DNA of 64,000 nucleotides from Sminthopsis crassicaudata (taxonomy: Eukaryota), in the NCBI RefSeq assembly GCF_048593235.1, contig NC_133619.1, forward strand, positions 651,288,558-651,352,557, written 5' to 3'. The notes under the pieces were generated by a model that was not told where the DNA came from, made no database searches, and saw only the letters and a program-made list of their open reading frames with translations. The translations under genes and the position numbers were made by a program. The stretch's first letter is position 1. Each line of letters begins with the position of its first letter. Of this stretch, positions 16,392 through 26,200 are shown in pieces.

Positions 16392-17854
16392 GAGTTATGA
16401 AGCCATTAACGTGTGTGTGCTTGGGTGGGAGGGGCACAGTCCCGCCCGCTGGCCCAGTGCCTCATTTCCCTGAGTGTGCCCAGGGAGAGGTGCCAGCCTG
16501 CAGGAGAGGCGGGAGCCAGGGCAGAGGGAGGAAGCCCCCTCCCCCTGCCGCTCAGACCTTGGGGCTCCCTTCCCCCCTGCCTCAGGTCTCCGCTCTTTTC
16601 TATCCCACCACCCATCCCAGGGCCCAAAGGGCGCAGTCTGCCTTCCCCATCCCCCCTCTCCCCAACCTCCTGAGGTCCCTTTGATCCCTGGGAAGCCCTG
16701 TCCCCGACCTCCCCTCCCCCCCCTGGCCTGTGGCCTTTATCCACCAGTAACCCCGATAAGGACCGGATGGAATTAATTAGTCAGGTGGCCTCAGGATTGT
16801 AGGGGGAGGGAAGGTGGGAGGGAGGGCTTTGCGATGGGTGGGGGTCTCTGAGGATGCCCGGGCGGGGTCAGGAGCTGGCCTGAGGTGGGGAGGGCGCCGA
16901 AGGAGGGCTGGGACCCCCTTTTGGGGACAGGGACGGGGGCCGAGGGCTTCCGACGTGCTGAAGGTCAGAACGGGGACAGAAAAGGGATTAAGAAGCAGGG
17001 ACAGTTTCCACCACTAATCCCCGGGGGAAGCTGACCCCCCCAGGCTTTCAGGCCAGTCATCTGGGGCGAGGAGGGGCGGGGCACAGCCCGCTCCTTGCCT
17101 CTTTTTTCCCTCCCACAGAAAAGAACACTAATTCAGAGGACCGAGTTCAAGTCCCACGCTTCCTGGTCCTGTTTCCTCATTTATACACAAGGGAATTGGA
17201 TTAGATGGCCCGAGATTCCCATGGGGAGCCTCCGCGGCTCCTGCCCGCGAGCGTGGGGCCTGAGAAGGGCAGGGGTCTGAGGAGGTGGTCTGGGCCCACT
17301 CCCTTATTTTGGACCGGGGAAACTGAGTCTCGGAAATGTGGGCTGCTCGGGGCTCCCGGGCAGGTTGGAAGTTCAACCTGTGCTGAGGATGACGTGGGAA
17401 AGTAGTGAGCCGGGGGCAGGAGGGAGAAGGGAGGGGAAGGAGGCGAGGACAGCTCCAGGAGGGGAGGAGCTTGATTGAGAAGAGACGGAGCTCAGCAAAT
17501 AGAAGTTGGAGGAGAAGGGGAGGGGCCGGAGAATGGGTGGAGTCTACAAGAGAAGGGAAAGGGCAGAGACCACGCCCTCCTCCACAGCCTTCAGCTGTTG
17601 CTAAGCAACAGAAGTTCTCTCTCTCTCTCCCCCCCCTTTCCGAACCGAAGCTGTGATTCCCCCCCACAACACTCGAGCTTTAAGAGGAAGACACGCCCCC
17701 TTCGTTTGTCTCGAGGCCTTCTCACGCAGGCGCAGTTGCCTTTGTCCGTCTCAAGCCAAAGCTTTCTCTTGTCAGCTCCCTGTCACTTTTTTCGGGGGCG
17801 GAACCTTTAGCTCCTTTGTGCAACCGCCCACCTAAGGGGGGGCCCCCAACTTTC

Positions 17855-18051
17855 ATTGGGGTCTGACGTGGAGGCGTGGCCATGAGACCCTTCCATCGAG
17901 TTTCTATTGGGTCGCTCGACCCACCCGCCCCTTGTCCACCGAGGCAACGCGGCCGCCTCACGCCCCGCCTCCTTTCGGCTTCATTGGTCCAGGAGACCCG
18001 CCCCTCGACGGCCATTGGGCGCACAGAAGCCGAGCTCAGGTTTCCCATTGG
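17855..18051 (+). promoter_or_regulatory. CYTH2 promoter with five inverted CCAAT boxes
   Basis: ATTGG at 17855, 17906, 17983, 18014 and 18047; TGACGTGG at 17864-17871; CpG-rich context. Confidence 0.65.
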
Positions 18052-18199
18052 CCGGGGGGCGGCCTCACACGAGAGCGGAGGCGGTGGCGGCGGCGGCCCC
18101 GGGAGCGGGCCGAAGGGGCTGAGCGTAGCCCCAAGGACCCGCCGGAGAACCGGCGGCCCGAGTCACGCTGCGGGCCCGCTCCGGGCTGCCTCAGCCACC

Positions 18200-21100
18200 A
18201 TGGAGGACGGAGTCTATGGTGAGGCGAGCTCGGAGCTAGCTCCGGGGGCCGGGGGGCCGGGAGGGGACGGGACGTTCCATTCCATTGTTCAGGACGATAC
18301 CATTTCCGGCCGGCGCAGGGGGGCCGTGGTCGAAACCATTCCTGGGCGAGTCCATTTCCCTGCCTTTGGAACGTACTATCCCGGGCTCTCGTGGGGCGTT
18401 GCCTTTGGCTCGGGAGAGACTATTCATCTTGGAAGGGGGAATCATCCAGGAAAGATGAAGGCCAGGGAGGAGTTAGGAGAGGGAGACAAACACGTGGGGA
18501 CCAGCGCGAAGATCGGTGCCCTCTCTTCCCATTCCCAGACGTAGTTTTAGCGTTAGGCCGCTCTGCCTCAGTTTCCCCCGGAGACCTTGGGCACTCAAGG
18601 AGTGTCACCCCCGCGCGCTCGCATGGCGCCGCGTGCCCCCCGCCCGGCCCTCAGCCCCCCGTGTCCCGCAGTGCCCCCGGACCTGACCCCCGAGGAGCGC
18701 CTGGAGCTGGAGAGCATCCGCCGGCGCAAACAGGAGCTGCTGGTGGAGATCCAGCGCCTCCGCGATGAGCTCAGCGAGGCCATGAGCGAGGTCGAGGGGC
18801 TGGAAGCCAACGAGGGCAGGTGGGAGCGCGGCCGCCCCCGCCCTGGTGTCCCCCCAACTCAGCACCGTCCGGCATACAGCCGGCGCTTAATCAATGCCTG
18901 CTGACCTCTCTGGGAACCGGGCCCCAGCCCCAGGGGAGAATGGGGGGAGGGGCCCAGAGCCTGACTCCAGCCCCGCGGGAGCCCCAGCGGGGGGGGGGGG
19001 GGGGGGGGCGCCCGGGCGCCCGGGCGCCCCAGCCGCTCACGGCTCCCGCTCTCCCCTTGGCAGTAAGACCCTGCAGAGGAACCGCAAGATGGCCATGGGG
19101 AGGAAGAAGTTCAACATGGATCCCAAGAAGGTGCCGGGGTGCGGTGGTGGGCGTGGGGGGGGGAGAGCCCTGGGACCCCCCCTCACTCCCAGTGCCTCCC
19201 CAGGGAATACAGTTCCTGGTGGAAAACGAGCTGCTCCAGAACACCCCGGAGGAGATCTCCCGCTTCCTGTACAAGGGCGAGGGCCTCAACAAGACGGCCA
19301 TCGGCGACTACCTGGGCGAGCGGTAAGGGCAGCCCGGGGCGGGGGGCGGGGCTCCCCTCCCGGGGCTCACGGGTCCCCTTTCTCCCCCCAGGGAGGAGCT
19401 GAACCTGGCCGTCCTCCACGCCTTCGTGGACCTGCACGAGTTCACGGACCTCAACCTGGTGCAGGCGCTTAGGTGACCCCGGGACCCCGCCCCCTCCGGG
19501 CCCCAGTTCCCTCCCTTATGCCCTGGGGGTGGGGGTGGGGGGCTACTGCGGCTGCCCCTCCCCCAGCGTCCCCCCTCACGGCCCTCCTCCACCTCAGACA
19601 GTTCCTGTGGAGCTTCCGCCTTCCCGGGGAGGCCCAGAAGATCGACCGCATGATGGAGGCTTTCGCCCAGCGCTACTGCCTGTGCAACCCGGGCGTCTTC
19701 CAGTCCACAGGTGGGCTCCAGCCTCGGGCCGGGGCTGCCGGGGGGAGGGGCGGCTTGGGCCCGCCCAGCCCTGAGTCCCCCCCTCTCGCGCAGACACCTG
19801 CTACGTGCTCTCCTTCGCCGTGATCATGCTGAACACCAGCCTCCACAACCCCAACGTGCGGGACAAGCCGGGCGTCGAGAGGTTCATCACCATGAACCGG
19901 GGCATCAACAACGGGGGGGACCTGCCCGAGGAGCTGCTCAGGGTGAGGCTGCCCGGGAGCTCCCAGCCTGGGCCCGGGTACCTGCCCCTGCGTGCCCCCC
20001 GTAATGCGGGAGCTCCCAGCCTGGGCCCGGGTACCCTCCCCTGCGTGCCCCCCATAACGCGGGAGCTCCCAGCCTGGTCCTTCTCCTCAGGGGGCCCCGG
20101 GAGCCCCCAGCCTGGGCCCGGGTACCCTCCCCTGCCTGCCCCCCATAACGCGGGAGCTCCCAGCCTGGGCCTTCTCCTCAGGGTGTCCCCTCTTATCCAA
20201 GGATAAGTCCTCTCCTTGGCCTCCCTTGGGGTCCCCCTCTCAGCTGGGGGGCCCTCACGCAGCCCCCCCTTCCCTCAGAACTTGTACGACAGCATCCGCA
20301 ATGAGCCCTTCAAGATCCCCGAGGACGACGGCAACGACCTCACCCACACCTTCTTCAACCCCGACCGGGAGGGCTGGCTCCTCAAGCTGGGTATGGCGCC
20401 GCGGAGGGGCGGCCCTGGGGGGGGAGCGCGGGGCGGGGCGGGAAGGGGGTCTGGGCGGCCCCTCCTCATCTGGACATAACTAGTTTTCTCCATCTCTCTC
20501 TCCCCCTCCCCTCCCCCGCCATGTTGCTCCCTCCCGGGCCTTCTGCGCTCCCCCACCCGCCTCGCTCCGTGTGTCCATGGCTGTCTGTCTCTCGGTCTTT
20601 GCTTCTCTCTGTGTCTCTTGGGGGGCGCCCCCCTCCCTTGGCCTCCTTCTCCTTGCTGCCTGGTCCTGCTTGTTCTGCCCTCTCCCCCAGGAGGTAGGTA
20701 CCTGTCTGCTCCTCGCTCCCCTGCCCTTGGCCCCCGGGGAGACGGGCCCGGACCCGGCTTTGGAGACTGGGGGTGGGCGCGCTGTCGGGGTCCCCAGGAG
20801 AAGGCGGAGCCGGGGGGGGCTGGGTAGCGGGTCCCCCCTCGCTCTCCCTGCCTCCTCTTCAGGGCTCTGCTCTTCTGCCCTTTGCCCGCCCCCTCCCAGA
20901 CCCCTCCGGCCCCCCCCTCGTCGTCGTTGGGCCTGACCCGGCCCCCCCTGCTGAGCCCGCCCCCGCCCCCTCCTTCCCTTACAGGGGGCCGGGTGAAGAC
21001 CTGGAAACGGCGCTGGTTCATCCTCACCGACAACTGTCTCTACTACTTTGAGTACACGACGGTGAGGGGGGCCGCAGCGGGAGGGAGGGCTGGGGGGGGG

Positions 21101-21670
21101 AGAAGGCCAGATGGGGAGGGGGGGGCTGGGCCTAAGACACCCCTGGCTCCGCAGGACAAGGAACCCCGGGGGATCATCCCCTTGGAGAATCTGAGCATCC
21201 GGGAAGTGGAGGATCCTCGGAAGCCGGTGAGCACCCAGCAGCCTCTGCTTCCTGCATCTGTGCCCCCGTGGCTCCTTCTCTGTGGGTCTCTCCCTGGGGC
21301 TCCCCTCTCTGTCCCCCCTCCCCCTCCCCGGGACTCCTCTGAGCTCCGTGTCTCCCCCAGAACTGCTTTGAGCTCTACATCCCAAACAACAAGGGGCAGC
21401 TGATCAAGGCCTGTAAGACCGAGGCCGACGGGCGCGTGGTGGAGGGCAACCACATGGTCTACCGGATCTCGGCCCCCACGCAGGAGGAGAAGGACGAGTG
21501 GATCAAATCCATCAAGTAAGGTTCCGTGGGGGGAGGGGCGGGGGAGGGGCCGGGCCCGTGCTGACCTCTGCCTCCCCTCCCAGGCCGCTGTCAGCGTGGA
21601 CCCCTTCTACGAGATGCTGGCGGCCCGGAAGAAGAGGATTTCGGTCAAGAAGAAGCAGGAGCAGGCTTGA
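18200..21670 (+). CDS. CYTH2: Cytohesin-2 / ARNO (ARF-GEF: coiled coil, Sec7, PH, polybasic tail)
   Basis: Exons 18200-18218, 18672-18819, 19064-19130, 19204-19322, 19392-19472, 19598-19710, 19794-19942, 20279-20390, (20691-20693), 20985-21061, 21155-21226, 21361-21515, 21584-21670. MEDGVY start, [35 protein letters not shown]. One base is missing at the last acceptor. Confidence 0.97.
20691..20693 (+). CDS. CYTH2: 3-nt alternative microexon (GAG) of CYTH2
   Basis: Long pyrimidine tract ...ctctcccccag|GAG|gtaggt inside the phase-1 intron between ...KLG and GGRVKTW; inclusion changes LGGR to LGGGR. Confidence 0.88.
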
Positions 21671-23225
21671 CCCGGGCGGGGGCCTGGCCTGCCTCCCCTG
21701 CCCAGCCCGGCCCTGACCCCCCTTCTTTCCCAGAGGCAATAACCCCACTGACCCCGACCTGGCCCCTGGCCCTGCCTTCCACTTATTTATTGGGGGCTGA
21801 GGGGCCGGACCCCTGGGTGCCCAACGCCCTCTCTCGGGGCAAAGGAGAATTTTCTACACGTGGTTTCTCTTCATTTATTTGTAATTAATTCATTATTATT
21901 ATTATTAATATGATGACGGTCGCCACTGTTATTGTCTGATGGGGGAGGCAGCCTGGGCCGGTGTGTGGTGGGAGGGGCTGGAGAGCCTGGAGGGCTGGGG
22001 AGACCCAGGAGCCCCTGGGAATCTGGCAGGTCGGGCCTCCTGGGCTGTGGGAAGCGGGAGTCCTTCGCCGCCCCCTCCCCCCCAGCACTCTTCTCTGAGG
22101 ATCAGCAGAAGGTGGTCCCAGGTGTATGCTGGGAAACTTCCCACGTCGGCCGGGGTGACCCCATGGCCCCCTCTGTGCTCCCACCCCCTCAGGGAGCTCC
22201 CCGCCTCCCCCCTGCTGAGGTCCCGGCTTCTCTTTGGGTATGCACATGAAGCAGAGGGACCCCCGACCTCGTCTCAGCGCCCCCTCCTCAGTCTGCAGTG
22301 AGGGAAGTGGCCCGGAGGACCACGGGGGTCACTGGAAAGCGAGGAGACCTGGCAGCAGCTCCTGGCGCTGCGCTCTGGGAACCAGGCCCCTGACTTCACG
22401 GCTGTTCTCGTGAGAACGGGGGAGACCCAAGGGCGAAGTCAGACGCAAGTAGCCCCCTGGGGGCCCCCAGAGAGCTCACCCGCTGCCGCCCCCCGGCCCT
22501 GGCTGGCTAGCGTGCCAAGGTCAGGGCCTTGGCTTGTGGGCCGAGCCCGGCACCTTGAACACGAGGCACTTAGTGAGTGTTGAATGGCGGGCACCCCACA
22601 AAATGCCTGGCGCATGTCAGCCCCTTCAAAATGCACGTGCTGAGATGGGGAGACAGGAAAAGGAAGGAGGGAGCCCCCAAAGAGAGGACAAATGAGCCAG
22701 CCCCCCAGGCCCCCCCACCCCCCAGGCCCACACACACAAGAGCTCAGCCTTAGCTCCAAAAAGTTGTCTGTCTTTTTAAATAACATGAAAACGGACATCT
22801 CTGGCCTTGGGCCGGGGAGGGGGTGGGGCAAGGGGGAGCAGGGGCCTGGGCCCCTCCGTGCCCCGAGGGGAGGTAGGGCAGGGGGTCCCCGAGTCCTGAG
22901 GTGCCCCGCTGGGTCGGTCTGTGATCCCTGGGTGGAGCTGGGGCTGGGCCCAGGGGAGTCCTGAGGGCGGGGGTCGGGGCTGGGGGGGGGTCTCCTCTTC
23001 CTCTCACTCAGCTCCGGGGGGCTGAGGCACGCTGGGTGGCGGAACGAGTTCTGGGGGGCTGGGGGAGAGTGGGCCCCGGCCCCCTGCTTGGCATCCAGGT
23101 GATGAGGGCTGGGGCCCGGCCTCGGGAGCCTCTCCCAACTCGCTGAGTCTGTCTCCGGCTCCTCTTGGCCCCTCTTCTGGGGGGCCTGCTGGGGGGGGGG
23201 CCCGGGAGGTGAGGGCCTCGGGGCA

Positions 23226-26200
23226 TCAGTTCTCCACGGGGCCTGAGGGAGGAAGGCTGGGTGAGTGGGGCCCGGGATTCAGCCCGGGGGCCTTGGCCCT
23301 CTCCGCCACTCACCCCCGGAGCTCCGGCCCCTTCCTACCTGTGGACATCCCCCTGCCTCAGTGAGCCCGGGCTCCACCATGTGAGGCCTCCAGGGGCCGG
23401 GCTTTGGTACTCGCTGGGCCTCCTTTTCCCCGGCTGAGGCTGGCTGCTGTTCCCCGTAACTCCCAGCATCCTCCCCGACTCCAAAATTCACCTTGCACTC
23501 TTCCCTGGCTCTCCCCCCCCCCCAGGAGCCTCCTCGGTCTCTGTCCCATCCCCCCCCTTCCCACCTGGAGGCCCCGTCTTCACCGTCACTGGTCAGGCCC
23601 GGACCGGCTCCGGCCCATTCTCCAATCCCCCTCCTCCCTTCTCCGCACCTGCGCCCTCCCTGCCGTCCCGGGCCCAGCCCCCAGCCCCTTTGCCAGTCAG
23701 CCTGCGACCCCAGGGCAAAGTACCTGCGGGGCAGACGGCGTCTGGGGGCCTGGCCGGGGCCCCGGGGGTCTCCAGTGCACGTGAGACGGAGAAGCGGGAG
23801 AAGCAGAGCGGGGGGCCTGGCGGGGGGAGCAGGGGGAAATCCTCCCCCCACTCGAAACTGCCTCCTGGATTGTGGAGAAAGGAATCCGGTCTTCTCAACC
23901 TGGAAGCCGGCGTCCCCCCTCCCCCCCCCGCACACAGCTCGCCCCTCCCTTCTGTCCCCCACCGCGCTCTTCTTCCCTCACCGAAGCCGCTGTCGGGGAA
24001 CCCATCTCCAGGGCTGGGGGGGTGAGGAGGTGTCGGCGGGGCTGGGGGCGTCGAAGGCTCCGGGTCCCCCTCGGGGGGAGCCTGGACGCTCAGCTCGTTG
24101 GTCGGGGTCTCCTGGAACAGCCGCGGGCCCGGGTCAGAAGGAGCGAGGACCCCCCCTTCCACGGGTCCCCCGCGCCGCCAGTTTCCCCGAGGGGCGCCCC
24201 CCTTTCCCAGTCATGCGCTCGGGGCGGGGGAGGGGACGGGAGCCCGAGGACACCACCCTCGGCGAGCAGCCGGGCCCGAGGCAGACTTCCCAGACTAGTC
24301 CGAGCGGACAGGGATGGGGTGGGCGGGACTGGAGTCGGGCCCGGACGGTCGGCTCCGCGCCAGGGGGCCCCGCCCCCGCCCTCCCCTGACTCCGCCCCCG
24401 GCGCACCTGGTCGAAGAGGTAGACGGTCACGTCCCCATGAAAGGAGACCATCTTGCGCTTCCGCTCCAGCTCCAGGCTCTCCTCGGCCTCGTCGGCCCCT
24501 CGGGGCGATTTGAGCAGCCCCCGGAGCGGGCGGCTCCGGTCCCCGTCGGCACTGCTCACCACGATGGGCACCGGGGCTGCCCGGCCCCTCCCAGGGCCCC
24601 GGGCCGCCGCCTCCGCGCCCTCCCCCGCGGCCGCCCCGTCGTCCTCCTCCTCCTCCTCCTCCTCGTCCTCCCCGTCCTCCGCCAGCCCCAGGGCCCCCGG
24701 GCCGCCGGACTCCGCGCCAAGGACCCCGGCGTCCCCAGCCTCCCAGGGGGGCCGTCGAGGGCCCGGCCCCGGGAACGGGGTGAGGGAGAGCGGAGGCAGG
24801 GCCAGCGACAGGCGAGACAGCTTGGCTGGGAGAGAGGGAGGCGGGTCACTGACGGTCCCCCCCCAAGCCCGCCCCCTCAGCTCCGGGCCCCGGCTCGCTT
24901 TCTCCTCCCCCGCCGGCTACCTCCTCTTCCTGCCCAGGGCAGCAACCCAGTCCCGAGCGGGAGAAACAAGAGGGGGGAAGGGGGTCCGAGATCCCTCTGT
25001 GGCGCCCCCCCAGGGCCTGGCAGCCCTCCTGGCTAAGCTGCTCCTGGGGCTCCGCAGGGATTCCGCTGCCTTCGGAGGCTGCCCACCCACGGCATCTGCC
25101 TGGAGACTCCAGACTTGAGGACACGGCTAGGCCGGGGCAGATGCTTAAAAATGCTTGTGGGCCAGCCATGTGTGGGGTAGAAGGAACCATTGCTATCAGC
25201 CCATTTTACAGATGTGACTGCCCCAGCCACTTAGGAAAGCTAAGCAGGATTCGAATTCCGCTCTTCCTGACTCCAGGGCTAGAGCTCTCTGGGGCCCAGG
25301 AGGCGGGATCAGATCGCTCTGACCCATACACAAGGAACTGCTCCTTTAGCAGCTCTCCATTACTCTGGGGGCCTGGTCTCGGTCATCTCCAAACCGGCAC
25401 CGTGGATTGGGACAGTGCAGAGAGCTCGGGTCAGGAAGACCTCAACCCAGCCCCAGACACTGGCGGGGTCACCCTGGGCAAGTCACTAACCTGTCCCCCT
25501 CAGCTTCCTTCCCTGTAAACTGGGACAAAAATAGCATCTGCCTCCCAGGTGGTGGAAGACCAAATGAGACATGTAAGATGCTTGGCCCAGGGCTTGGGGT
25601 GCTTCATAAATGCTTGTTCTCTTCCCATCTGCCCAAGGGCAATGCTCTCCCCCCTACCCAACTGTTTGGCCACCGCCCAGTGCACCGCCCAGCGCACCGC
25701 CCAGCCCACCGCCCAGCCCACCGCCCAGCTCACTGCTCACTGCCCAACCCACTGCCCAGCTCACCGCCCAGCTCACTGCTCACTGCCCAGCCCACCGCCC
25801 AGCTCACTGCTCACTGCCCAACCCACTGCCCAGCTCACCACCCAACCCACCACCCAGCTCACTGCCCAGCCCACCGCCCAGCCCACCGCCCAGCCCACCG
25901 CCCAGCTCACTGCCCAGCCCACCGCCCAGCCCACCGCCCAGCTCACCACCCAACCCACCACCCAGCCCACCGCCCAGCCCAACGCCCAGCCCAACGCCCA
26001 GCTCACCGCCCAGCTCACCACCCAACCCACCACCCAGCTCACTGCCCAGCCCAACGCCCAGCCCAACGCCCAGCTCACTGCTCACTGCCCAACCCACTGC
26101 CCAGCCCACCGCCCAGCTCACTGCTCACTGCCCAACCCACTGCCCAGCTCACTGCCCAGCCCACCGCCCAGCTCACTGCTCACTGCCCAACCCACTGCCC

